DNA of 64,000 nt from Perkinsus chesapeaki ATCC PRA-425. Lineage: Eukaryota; Protista; Perkinsozoa. The stretch spans positions 268,529 to 332,528 of the forward strand of contig JAAPAO010000001.1 in NCBI GenBank assembly GCA_013115145.1, read 5' to 3'. Below the pieces are notes generated by a model. That model did no database searches and was not told the DNA's origin. It worked only from the letters and a program-made list of their open reading frames with translations. The position numbers and the translations under genes are program-made. Numbering within the stretch: position 1 is the first letter of the stretch; each line of letters starts with the position of its first letter. Below, in pieces: positions 49,927 through 62,302 of this stretch.

Positions 49927-50319
49927 ATGATATTCCGTTTGGTACTACTCCTTTCTACGATGCAGACGAGTGCTATATGCAGCCAGAACCCATTTCCACA
50001 GTTCTCACCTGCTTGGTGGCAGTGGCTGGCTAAAAACTGCCCTGAATGGTCGCTTGGAGGTGACCAATCCTCGTCTACTCTCTGCGATATCGAATGGCCA
50101 ACGCCACCGTCTAGCGATGATACTAATGACCTGGCTATTGCTACACCATCTGCGACTGACCTGGTTACAGATTCGGAATTCACTACTGACTTGGCCACAA
50201 CAACCACTAAACCGGGCCTGAGAGGAGAGCGTAGCATGTGCGCCAGCTCGCAAACTGGCGTAGCATCGTATTTGGCCCTTATGGTGGCAGTTCATCTATC
50301 CGCTGCCCTGTTTCTGTAA
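49927..50319 (+). CDS. NPYPRFSPAWW family member 3 (130 aa, apparently intronless)
   Basis: Signal peptide, QNPFPQFSPAWWQWLAKNC-x14-C, Thr/Asp-rich stalk, GLRG, hydrophobic tail YLALMVAVHLSAALFL*. Confidence 0.85.
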   Translation: MIFRLVLLLSTMQTSAICSQNPFPQFSPAWWQWLAKNCPEWSLGGDQSSSTLCDIEWPTPPSSDDTNDLAIATPSATDLVTDSEFTTDLATTTTKPGLRGERSMCASSQTGVASYLALMVAVHLSAALFL

Positions 50320-50835
50320 CATAGTTGACTATTACAATTAATTTATAAGATGGAAAAACATGCAATGCTGTTTTTGACTGATTAAACATGTTATTGAGTT
50401 ATATATTTATAATATGATTCTGGTATCGAGGTAATACCGCCCTTATCGTGTACTTGGAGGTGGCGCATTGGCTGCGCGCTACGGTGAGACACTGTGTCCC
50501 TAATGGGGATACAAACAGCATATATTCCTAAGGACCTATGGAGAACAGTTCTAGTGGAGCCGCTCCTGTAAGTCCAATGATGGGACCAAGTCCAATTATT
50601 GGACCAGGTCCAATGGACTTTTTTTGGACTCCAATAAACAGGCAACCAAACCTCGCAACCACATCTGCATACGTACGCACGCATGCGCAATCATGTGTCA
50701 CTGTCTCCTCAGGGGAATTACTCTGCGCTGCCCGCAAAGAAATATGCTTGCCGAAGGCAAGCATTTTCTTGCGCGCGTCAACTTTTTTCTTGCACTGGGC
50801 AACTTTTTTCTCGCGCGCCACAAAACTTTCCCTAG

Positions 50836-51217
50836 CCCTGCAGGCAACTGAGCTGTGGGTCTACAGGTGTCAGACCCACCTGTGAGTGGCGATGGCCGAC
50901 CTACAGGGAAGTGGGGGTGAGGTAGCGGCTCAATTCGGGCTTGCGCGTGTCCTGCGGGACCCGGATTAACTCCCTCTCCCTGCAAGCAACTGAGCTGTGA
51001 GGCTAGAGGTGTCAGACCGAACTGTGTGTGGCGATGGCCGACCTAGAGGGAAGTGGGGGTTGAGGTAGAGGTTCGATTCGGGCTTGGGCATGTCCTTAGC
51101 GATTACGGATTAGCTTGCAGTTCAGTCCGAGAGTGGAGCTGTCTAGATTCCGCCTATGACTTCTCTTGTTCTGGTCTGTGCGGAGGGGTGACTCTGTGAG
51201 GCTAGAGGTGTCAGACC
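50836..51217 (+). repeat. Diverged ~142-bp tandem repeat (two full copies + one partial)
   Basis: Units start CCCTGCA(G/A)GCAACTGAGCTGTG at 50836 and 50978; a partial third copy lies at 51194-51217. Preceded by three ~21-nt TTTTCT(T/C)GC..-type units at 50764-50820. Confidence 0.85.
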
Positions 51218-51780
51218 TCTGCTACTATCAGTTGACATGGAAGTTCCATGATGGAACAACATTCATTTCACATCAAGCGCTCGCCGTTTTTGAAAGTAAC
51301 TCGAACTCTGACGAGCAAGGTTCATTATGATCAAACGACATATCCATTGTTAACATGCAGTGTCTACGGTCATTCCTCGCGCGGTAATTATTCTTTCCTC
51401 TGTGTACAATCTGAGTAATTTTATGGTTGATTCTGACGCCTTGTAGACCGCCTTATTCTCAGTGGGCCTTTAGTTGTCTTTATGGATAGTTGGTACTTTA
51501 ATGACGAGACTCGTCCATCGTGAGAATCACATATCGTCTTGCTAGGTTAGCAACCTGAGGTTACCTCTGGTAAGTGCTGACAGGGATTCCAGGTGGATCG
51601 TCCACGATGGACCCTATCGTGCTCGAAAACTACCAGTATACAAGCGGGCTAGTGGAAGAAGGGAAACGGTGTATAGCGAGTGAAACCTTCGCAGTTTCGG
51701 AATCATTTCCATAGCGCATAATCGTATGCACGCATGAGTTATCAAGTCTCGATTTCCAGCGTTCTCAGTACGATTTCTCT

Positions 51781-54092
51781 ATGAAACGCGCCCGGTCCAA
51801 GGCTCAATCTTCCAAACGAAGCAGGGAGGAGCCGAACGAAGTCGAGATTGAGCCAGAAGACTTCTCCTCTGTAGTTGTGGCATGTGAGTCCCGTGAAGAT
51901 GTGTTGGAACTGATATCCACGATGGAGTATGAAAGCAGCCAGACGAGAGTCGCCAACTCATCTTCCTTGAAAGAGCCTTCGGCGTCGAATATGGCGAGTC
52001 CTCAAGCCCCGTGCTCTCAGTGCCTTAGGACATTCAAGAGGCAGCGGGATCCCGGACCTTGTGCGACGTGCAGTAAAGCTCGTAAAACCACTCAACGATG
52101 GCCAGAGAAAAGTGTGATCTCGGCCATCGAATCACTCAACACCAAGCTTGAAAATTACAGCAAGGAGCTGGAGAGCGGTTTGGGATCCGGCAGCAGTCGC
52201 GCGACGCCGGTAGCTGTAACAACACCGAAGTTACCTAATGTTGACATGTTCGGCCTCTACGAAGTCCCAGGGGAGTTCAGTAGTCCAAAAAAGAATGGAG
52301 TTGGTTTTGGTGGAGGGGAATACGATGATGCCAGCAGAATATCCCGTGGAAATATGCTAAGCTCACTGCAGCAATCACTGGACAAGGCCAGCTCGAAGAT
52401 CTTGCGATATCTTTCCGGCGTGATTGACTCTCCTGCTTTCGTCTTAACTCGCAGAATAGCCAGCGGGCTATCTAAAGTTGTGGTTTCTGCTCTTACGGAG
52501 TGGCTCAGAGAGTCTTGGATTGACCTCTGTGGGCGTCGGAAAGTTCTTCTGGAAGCGATTTTGCTTTTCTTGGAGTCGACCATCAAGCATAAATCGTTAG
52601 TACCGTTGCTTTGCGCGCCCGTAGGCACCGATTCCACTAGTATGATAGCTACATTGCGAACGCTTGCGATACAGGCAACACTAGGGGATGACAAGCTTGG
52701 ACATCGAGTGCGAGAAATCGCGGCATCGATAGAGTCTGAGTGGGCGGAGTGGAAGAATGCTCCGGAAGCCGTTCGAGGCCGGCATGCCCGGTGTCGGGGA
52801 ACTGCCAAGCGTAAAGCTGTTTGCCCAACACAGGAAGCTCAGGCTGATCCTTATATAGAAGCATTGAAACATTGCCAACTAGTATCATGTGGTGGAATAG
52901 CTGCTGTACACAAGTATGCGAAGAGCAGTCTTCCGGCAAGTGCAGCGGCGGCAGTGAGAAGTAGGATCAATGGGGGTGGCGCGATGATTGAGTAAATTTG
53001 TATCAGAGGCTCTGGTTTAAGCCACAAAATTCTGCTACTTCTAGGCCTTAAGAGCTATTATAAGGGAATTCCTCGTTTAGGATAGCTTGGGAACTCTTCA
53101 GACTCGACTTCAACTCTGGGAGTGGTAGGCTATGATTTATTCAGGGATACACAATGAACTGGGATGCCTGGCGACGAGTTTGCCGCTACATCCTGAGTCG
53201 TCGATATTTGTAGCATATGATGACCGTCGAACAGATCTCTTAAGAGCACTCATCACAGGTCAGATTTCGTTTGACCATCGGTCTTTTCACAGCATTCCTT
53301 TGACAGGTCCAGCGGATACGCCGTACGAGAACGGGTGTTTCGTTTTTGATATCCGTGTACCGAGCAACTATCCTCGCTCACCGCCGAATGTATCACTCCT
53401 CACGACTGGCAAAGGGACTGTAAGGTTCAATCCGAACCTCTATTCGGACGGGTGAGTCCTGCAGTATGAGAACACGGTAAGGTTAAGTCTGTAGGCACGT
53501 TTGTCTATCGTTGCTGGGAACTTGGAGTGGGCCAGGCTGGTCCCCGACGTCGACTTTACTACAAGTGCTGTTGTCTATACAGAGTTTGATCTTCGTATCT
53601 GAGCCATATTTCAACGAGCCTGGTAAGTTACTTGCTTTCGGTGAGTCCATTTCTCTCCCTGTAGGTTACGACAGTTTTGCTGGTACACCTGGCGGGCAGC
53701 GGGCCTCTGAACAATATAACCATGTTGTCAGAAAAGAGTGTTTAAAGTGGGCTATGTTAGAGAAGATGAAGGACCCTCCTTTGGGGTTTGAAGAGGTATT
53801 TGTTCGGGAAATCATTTCCAATATCGAATTGCTGATTGTATCTCAGGTCATACGGCAGCACTTTAAGCATCGTTCTGAGGCTATTCTAGCACAGTTGGAG
53901 AAGTGGAATAACATACCAAACGATCCTTTCAAAGAAGAGGTCGCAAGGCTAACTGTGGAGCTTCGGCAGCGACTTGACATTAAACCAGCATCGACGAGCA
54001 CAAATGGTATCAATGTGGAGGAGTGCTCAACAGCAGAGCCATCGGTTACATTGCGGCGGAGTGAACGGCTCCGGAAGAAGGCGAAATTATGA
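51781..54092 (+). CDS. Large ubiquitin-conjugating enzyme with a BIRC6/UBE2Z-type UBC domain (multi-exon)
   Basis: [59 protein letters not shown] (catalytic Cys intact after splicing)..[20 protein letters not shown]. Confidence 0.88.
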
Positions 54093-54535
54093 TAACGTTG
54101 GCCGTATTCTGTTTCCAAAAAAGTATCATATTCACGATTGCACAATAGGTTTATAGGCTTTACAAGTATGTAGTGGACATATCCTGAAGTTGCTGAACTG
54201 ATTGAGTCACCGTAGTTTGGCTGTTGTCACTTGGTCGTAGAAATCCTTTTTATCAACTCTCTGTTGCGTTAGTGAATCTTACACATTTCTATGCCCATCA
54301 ATGACAGGGTGACGTGGTATTGATGAAGTGGGGTTGTTACTATTGCTTCACTCGGTCTTCGATCGTTCGTCACAGGTTGTCCAACGACAGTCCGTAGCCT
54401 ACGTAACTGCCTTCTGGAACTAGGCTTGCGTCGTGAATAGCCCTCTACATGGGATTAGTACCAACTAATAGTAGTAACGCGACGCCTCTTCAAAACAACT
54501 GGACATAAATGATACTCATAGTGCTTCTATGGTCT

Positions 54536-55257
54536 TCATTTCTTCTCTTGTACCTCTGAACCAGCAGCTTCTTCCGTTTCACTATTCGGTTCCTCCTTTT
54601 CTTCTACCACATCATTCTCTACCTCTTCATCACCTTCCTGTACCTCATTGCCCTTCGGATTGTGCTTCAATAGATATTCAGCCACGAACGTCACTGGATC
54701 CTCGGGCCGCTCCCGAGCGACAGCATCGAGTGCTGGAACCAGAACGGGCGCAACGGTCTCCTCAAGCCACTGTCGGAGGGGGAGCTGCTGGGGCTTTGGC
54801 ATGGGCGATGGCTCCTCGGCGGCCCTTTCGATCTCGGCAGCAACTTTTCCATTTGGATATGCCTCACTTTTACCTAGAAGATATCAGTGTGGATGTGTCC
54901 GGGACTCTAGTGGATGCAAATGGTACTCAATTCTCATACGCTAGTCCACGGTTTAGCTTGTACAGCCAAGAGGATAGTCTGTACTGCAAGGAACATATGC
55001 GCTTCCAAAATGGCTGACCACTACTACACCTTGAGTACCCGGGTGTATTTCCAGCGAAAGGACAAAGCGACGGAGCTAGACGCCGAATAGGATAAAATAT
55101 ACTAAACACGCCCAGTATCACCTTCCTCTGGAGCATCACTCTTTTCTTCATTAACTGGAGATGTAACCTGGTCCTCCTTCTCTTCTACCTTCTCCTGCTC
55201 GTCCTCAGCAGGGACGGTGGGGGTCTCGGGGTCCTCGTGCGTCTCGGTAGTAGACAT
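54536..55257 (-). CDS. Acidic protein with a Dpy-30 (DD) dimerisation motif (3 exons)
   Basis: LPLRQWLEETVAPVLVPALDAVARERPEDPVTFVAEYLLKHN flanked by Glu-rich segments. Confidence 0.8.
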
Positions 55258-55346
55258 TTAAAGAACACTCTATCTTTACCAATAATCATCCACAGACCTC
55301 AAACAGGAAGGTTTGATTAATTCACTAAACTCGAGCTCATAACAGT

Positions 55347-57222
55347 TCAAGATACTCGCTCTCCTCCTTGCGCTTCTTGTCGCTGCTCTCCTCCTTGTGC
55401 TCCTTGTTGCTGTTCACTTGTCTGTGATGTAGACGGCTCAGATTCGGCTGTTATAAGCCTCTTAAAATCGCTCGGTAATATCTCTGGGCGTTCGTCAGGT
55501 ATGAGCCCTCCTCGCATAACAGCTCTCCTAGTCTCCCTTTCCTCCTTAATTCTTTTTACGTCCTCCTCGTCCGCGATCTCATTCCACTTTCTCAGTAAGA
55601 AGTTATCAGACCGCTTCACGAAACTCTGGCTAATCAGCGACCACTTCGGCCCGAATTCGTCCACTAACGCCTTCAGCAACTCAGACTCCTCCTCAGTCCA
55701 AGGCTCCTGATCGTAGCCCTCGCTTTCATGACATATTTTCTCATACCGCTCTCGACATGACATATTGGTCCGATCCCGAACAAGCTCAGCTACGAGACCC
55801 CAGTCAATCCTCTTGCCTGAGCACTCAACCATCTTTACAGCCATCTTTAATCGCTTGTTCTCCTCTACAGTCCACATAGAGCCAATACCTCGGTGTCTTT
55901 TACTAATAAGTTTTCCATACCGCTGCCTCAGCTGTGCTGGCGTGTGATGAGTCCCCATCTCATAGGCTATCTCATTCCAACACCCTTTACCATGCTTCTC
56001 GGCGTACTTCAGTAACGTTTCTTCTTGCTCCCGTGTGAATGTCTTTGGCACAGCTACAGGATCCAAGCTGCGATGATATCTGAATAGCCGTAATAGAAAA
56101 GTCATTGAAGTAAAGGATTGTTGACTTACCTCTGGAAGCATGAGCAAGGGGTGCGGTTGGTGCCCAGCTCAGCAGCTATGGACGCCCAATCCAGATAATG
56201 ATGCTTCTCTGCTAGTTTCAACAACTGTGTATCCTCCTCCTATAATAGAGCTCCATACCAACAGCAGCGCTCTATATTGTTGTTACCCTTGTATATTCAG
56301 AAGTGTTAATCCCAGGTGCTAGCTGATGTTGCCACAGTGCCCTAGCGCAAGCCGGTGTCCGACAATGACGCCATTCAAGTGACTCTCTACCAGATTGGCT
56401 TATCAGTAACTCATATACTCTACGCCAGTTTATTTCCACAACGACATCAAGCTGGGTAGCCAGCTGCTCGATCTCGTTATAGCCATCACAGTTATCTACC
56501 TGCAGCAGCACCACAGACTTCACTTCACTTCAGCCCAATCCCCTACCAATTGACGAATCTTATCTCGGACTTCTGGAGAACTTTTCCCGGATTCTTCATT
56601 GAACAATGAATTCATTATACCTTCTTTAACGTACTCTACAACAGCCCATTCAACGGCTTCACGGTCCTAAAAAGTATAGCAAGTGAAAACATCCACAGTG
56701 GTTTAGGCTACTACCTCTTTAATGTCCCGCGAGAGTACTCTTGTGGCGCTGAGTGGTCGGAGGTTTGCAATGGCATACTGGTCACGTTCGTAGGCTTCCA
56801 CCAACTTAGAAGGAACATTAGAGTCATCACCGATGCAATCAGGCCTGGATGAAGACATAGTGGCGCCGACGGGGGTAACCACAAGCGCGAGTCGGGGAAG
56901 GAGCGGTATGAGACCAATTTGGAATCACCTGCACGCACACCCAAAACTACCTCAAAGATTGGAACCATCGTTTCGGTCTCCGCCGCGTAGACAAGTCCTC
57001 CTGTTCCATGAAGTCTGTTAATGTATTCCTATGGTTTTCTAGTCTTCCTTGTATTCGTTGGTTATTCTCTGAGCACTCTTTTAATTTTTTTATTATAGTA
57101 TCAATATTTGCAACGTAATCATTGTTCAACTTCGTGGCACTATCGAGTCCACCACTCTGACCGCCACTTCTTGCGGCACTCACGGCCTCCTGTAGTCGTC
57201 GCGTCTGCCGCCTAGTTCGCAT
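55347..57222 (-). CDS. SNAPC4 (SNAP190)-like multi-Myb-repeat protein
   Basis: N-terminal coiled coil (LNNDYVANI..NQRIQ), then a half repeat plus four Myb/SANT repeats (WASIAAELGTNRTPCSCFQR; FTREQEE..; WTVEEN..RERY; WTEEES..KW), matching SNAPC4 architecture. Confidence 0.7.
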
Positions 57223-57352
57223 CGTTATCAACAGTAGCGTGACAAGATCACTGCCGTAGAAGCCTCCTCTTGCTTTCTTAGTAAGACTTGTATTTTCTTC
57301 ACGTTACATTCTCACTATCAGAACGGCTCACCATCACCCAACACGTACTGAG

Positions 57353-59450
57353 ATGGAGTTTAATGCGGCTGCGAATGAAGTGACTGAGGGCTTCCAGGAA
57401 ACCAGCAAAGGCGTGAAAATCCGGCCAATTTGCGGCCCAGTGGATCCTAAAGTGGAGGAAACCGCCAGCGAGCGGATATGTCGTCTTCGAGGTCTTATCT
57501 CGAACAGAAAGGGCTCCAGCAGAGTTGCACTATCCAAGCCTGGAAGACCTCTGCTGAGCTTCGATAAACTCCGAGATGAAGCTGACAAGGAGGATGAGAA
57601 TGATGAAGGGCTTGTTGTGGAGTTCATCGATCGGAGGCGCAAAAGCTGTGGCCGGAACACTCTGAGAAAGTTTTTGGATAGAAGCAAAGCGCTTCCTGTA
57701 TTCACCGTTCCTCGTCGGCCCTTAGCTGCAAATGACGAAGCTCCTACGGCAGTCCGACAGCAGATGCCAGCTGGTAGAATAGAAGCAACTCCAGCGGAGG
57801 CTACCGGTGCTAAGGGGCTACATTCGAGCATCGTCATGCAGCCTAGTGAGGAGCCTCGTAGAGGGGAATATTGCCATGAGGAGGATCGAATGGAAGGGGC
57901 GAAGCGTTGTGAGGCCCCGGAAAAGCGGGATAGACTGAGACTAAGACGAAGTACATCCGAACCCGACTTGGCCGTTCGTCGGAGCTCTGCTGGCAGCGAA
58001 GACATCGCAGCTGCCGAAGAGTGCAACTCGGAACCCGAGGATTTCATCAGGAAGGTGATGATGTATCATACAGCTAAGCTGGTTGTTAGTGATCCTTAGT
58101 CCAACCGAAAGAGGAAAGTGAGGAAACGGAAAAGGAACAGATTTGTAGACGATGCAGCGAGCGAATCGGGATCAAATATATCCGGTGATGAAGATGAAGA
58201 AGTGGACGGAGACGGTACGCAGAGGAGGGCACCAGCTGAAGGGCTGTAATAATGAGGCGGGTTCCAATCCTTCAGGCTACCTATCGGATTTAATAGCGAC
58301 AGACGTGGAAAGTGATGCATCCGACTGTGATCCACGATTCTTGCATCGGCAATGGGAAGAGGACATGGGGGATAGGATGCTGAGAGGGATATTTGGCAGA
58401 GGTGAAGTTCACCGCTTTCGAATCTCTAAAAAAGAATGGTTCAAATGACAGGTAGAATCTCTCGTCGCCGTGAAAGTAGTCTCGGAGGGATGTTATTCTC
58501 GGGCATCCAAAGGGAACACCAACAGCCAACTTCACTAGTAGCTGCTGCTGATGCCTGTAGGAGACAACGGCGACGACGCTCCTGTAAGTCCGAGATGACA
58601 TCGCTCTCACTTCTGGCACAACGGTGTATTAAGCAGCAGCTATTGATGCGTGCTCCAGTGCCATGATAGATCGGCGATAGTTCCTGTTTTAGCTGCCTAT
58701 GTTTTTCAAAAACTGCTATTATTGTTAGACTGCAAGAATCGTGGATGTCTAGGTTTCGGTGAGGGTTCTATGGATACATTCAACCCGAATAGAAAAGTGC
58801 AAGTCATAATGAAGGAGAATAAGGAACGGCTTCTTAATGCAGCGAATCGTCAGGCTTCGACGGTTACCGAGCCCAAAGAAGGAGGTTGTCATTGGATATG
58901 GGCTAACCGTTTCGCCAACATGCTTTCCCTTTAGGAAATGCAGTGCACAGCCGTGCTAGTCCCCTGGTAAATAAATCCCTCAAACGCGTGTCCCTTGGGA
59001 TGCGCGACGAGGCCTGCGAGTTGAACCTTAAGAGGACCGTCGGGTGGGTATTGTAGATCATAGAACGGCGGTTGCTGTTGGATGGAGCTCCGAGCCACAT
59101 TCCAAATGCTATTACATTACTGGGTGTCTCCAGGATTGATGAGCCTCCTCGTTGCGCGCCAAACCCACTGCAAGTAATCCTATAATGCTTAGCTACAGTA
59201 GGCGTATATGCTCCCCTAATTGATAGAATTCTGACATGGATTCGTTGAAAAGCTCAGAAGCGTGCGGTTTTTATTCTTGTCGTTCTTCAGGTTTGTCCGC
59301 CGACGAAGCTCTCGAGGAAGACCAGCTGGCGTGTTTCTTAGCGGTGGTTTGACCCACGAAGTTGCAGTCCGTCAAAGGTCCACTCGGTTCGTGTCCACCA
59401 CATCTGTGAAGTCTCAGCATGGAGTCCGACGTTTCATATTTGGCGCTTGA
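57353..59450 (+). CDS. Uncharacterised disordered protein, weakly MRC1/claspin-like (multi-exon)
   Basis: 248-aa first exon; later exons NRFVDDAASESG..DEDEE and LSDLIATD..LHRQWEED..; last exon ends RRFIFGA*. The model is approximate. Confidence 0.45.
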
Positions 59451-59698
59451 GTCGGAATGTCATCTCAGCGTCGTCATCCTTCCGATCGTCCGGACGGAAG
59501 ACCTTCCACGATCATGGAGTACACTATTGCTTCTCTCTAATTCCATATTGTGTTACGAGTAACCCCGTGAGCAAGTGGCTCGTACGGGGACATCCACCGC
59601 CCTGGATCAATACGCTCGCATGCTTGTTTGTGAATGTAGTTCAATACTAGCAACACGATAAATCGATTATCAGAAACATCACTAGGAACCATGCAATG

Positions 59699-62302
59699 TC
59701 ACCGGATGCGCTTCCTCCGGAATAATGTTGCAGCTGATGCCTGCGCCCAGAACACGCCTACAAGGAACATGACTAAGAACACTACATAACGACCATCAAA
59801 CCAACCTGGATCGACCTTCCCGGCTTGATCTTTCACCATGTAGGGGTGCAGCATGTGTCGAGTGACCTTACCCAGATCTCCCGATATCTCCCAACCATCG
59901 TATCGAACAGGCGATATTCGTTTCTCAGGGCAACCCAGGGGTAAAATGCCCCATGTATGGTAAGCGCTTCCACAGCTACGACCACCCAAAATAATGTAAC
60001 GCTTAAGGCAGCCCATTGCTCGTAGTTGAGGAGTCAAGTCATCGAAGCCGTCCCGCAGATGAGTAACTATCGCTGTTTGTGGATGGTAATGGTTACCAAC
60101 GTCCTCTAGTGTAGCCTTGACTGCAGCTGGCCATTTGAGCCGCCCTGTATAGGGGCATATGCTGGGTCTGTACCCGAAATGCTTTGGGAACATTGTGGTC
60201 TCTACAGCGGGACTGTCATCAATCGCAGTTGGTTTACTGGAACACTCCTCATTCTTCCGCCATGGCCTATCCTTCTCAGTTACTTGTTCCTTCGCTAGGA
60301 TATCGAGTGCAATAACCTTCACTGAGCTCTTGGGCGCTATCGCGGCGATGACCTCCGTCAAGAAGTAGCTTAGCCTGGTTGAGTCGGGCCCTACTACTAA
60401 AACATTGCTGCTGTATTGTAGGCAGTATTGAACAAGCGCCGTTATGAACTCATGAGTGATAGCGTAACTTGTGATATCACCGAGCGAATGCAACCAACTC
60501 TTCATTGGCCGACTAGGAAGGGGTCTATGCCTCGATCCCAATTTCGCGGTCTCCCAGTCAACAAGGTAAGGTAAGAGGAATTCATCGTTATCACCTTCGG
60601 CAGGGATCCGCCTGGTCGCTGAGAAGTACTGTCATTCCCCGCACGCCAGCCATGGCCTACCTATGTTCTCCAGTACCCATCTCTTGCTCGGGTCTGATAT
60701 TCTCAGTTTCTTTATATCATCGCTGGTGTCCAGAGAGCTCGCTAATTGATTCTCATTGTAATCGTACAGCGCGAAAGCTTCTTTGACGACACCCTCGGGT
60801 ACAAGTTCAGCTGGGCTGTACGACACTAACGACTCGAACGCGGCCTGGCTGCCATTGCAGTCTATCTTTCGTTGCCGCAATTGCGCCTTCTCAATCTCTG
60901 AACGAAGGTTGTCGCCAGCCTACATTCGGTAGTCCGAATATAACCTTGAACGAGAGCTAAGCTCCATAATTTGAGATTTATAATCGCTAGGAAATGTGGT
61001 AGCTCCTTCCGCATCGCGCTCATATAAATTTTCACTCGTTTGTTCCGATAATCAGCGTACCTACAAAAAGCTACAGTCGTCCGCCATGCTGAGCCGAAGG
61101 CATCCACTCACTGCCTCCAGAATCTCGAGACGTGATTCCGTACAAGTTCGAAGACTTTGCCCGGAAGAAACCTCATCCATGGCTCCATATGAGCACCGTT
61201 ACGTAGCGGACCCGATCGGAACGTCATCAACTCCAGAAACGTCTTGGCTGGTGTCCTGAGCGACCAGACAAAAGTTAAGGTTATATACAGACAGCGACAT
61301 ACCCTAGTTTTGATGCTTCCGGAAGATCGTCATTATTTGGAGGGCCGATAACGCGCATGCAAGTAGGCCGTCGATAAATTCGATGATACACCGCCTTACC
61401 GTTGACTACAGGAATACGATTTTGGATGGAATGTTTCCTGGCAGGAGCCCACATTTTGTTCGGTCATCGAAGAGAAGCCAATCGTTGATATCCGGTGGAA
61501 TGGCCTTGTCAACAGAATGTATCCATTCTCTAAATAAACGAGTACCGATGTCCACACTAGCGTGAAGTCATAATACCCAGCCACTCCAGATTCGCTGTAT
61601 TCACTATATATGTGGTCTACAATCTCCGCCATTTCCTCGCGGCTAACAAGGCTAGCTGCGGCAGCTGGATCATCAGGATATTTACCTGAAACATACAGTA
61701 TCTTGACTTTTAACTATGGTATGCTCTCCACGAACCATGCATGTAGGCATACGCTGAATTGAGCTCTTGATTAAGCGTGCGGCGAACCACACGCCCTCCC
61801 CATTGTGAGTCCAAGTTATTGCCTACGGAGGCATGTTTGAATCAAAATTTGCCATAAGTGCTACTTGTGGACAATGCCCTTTCAAGTGCAGAGAGTTGCA
61901 CATACGTTTGCATTGGTTCTTGCCTTAAGGCAGCATCCTTTATCTTCAATAGATGCTGAAAAATTGGGGTGTAGCAGCTAGAGATGGCCACGAGCCTTCA
62001 TGATGTTAGCTTACATCTCCGGTTTGGAAAGGATTCTTCAACATCGATGCTGAGAAGAGCTCAACCGGTTCCACAAACCCCCTGGTGGCCTCTATGATCC
62101 CCTTCAGAATAGGGTCTCGAACGAGTAACGTAGATGATGAACTGCTAATCGTCGGTGGCTCTGGTTGTGTTAGCAAGATTTGCTCAGCATTGTTAGTAGG
62201 CTTTGATGGGATCGCATCGGCTGCCTGGGGGATAACAGAGGCCCTGGTCCCCTCCAATTTGAATCGAGGAATCCTCCTGTGAGCTCGAAGACTGAATGGC
62301 AT
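59699..62302 (-). CDS. Uncharacterised multi-exon protein with a C-terminal membrane anchor; possible Rossmann/methyltransferase-like region
   Basis: First exon ORF 62006-62302 ends at a GTAAG donor; several short exons follow; terminal 280-aa ORF contains NVLVVGPDSTRLS..VKVIALD and ends VVFLVMFLVGVFWAQAS..RRKRIR*. Confidence 0.5.
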
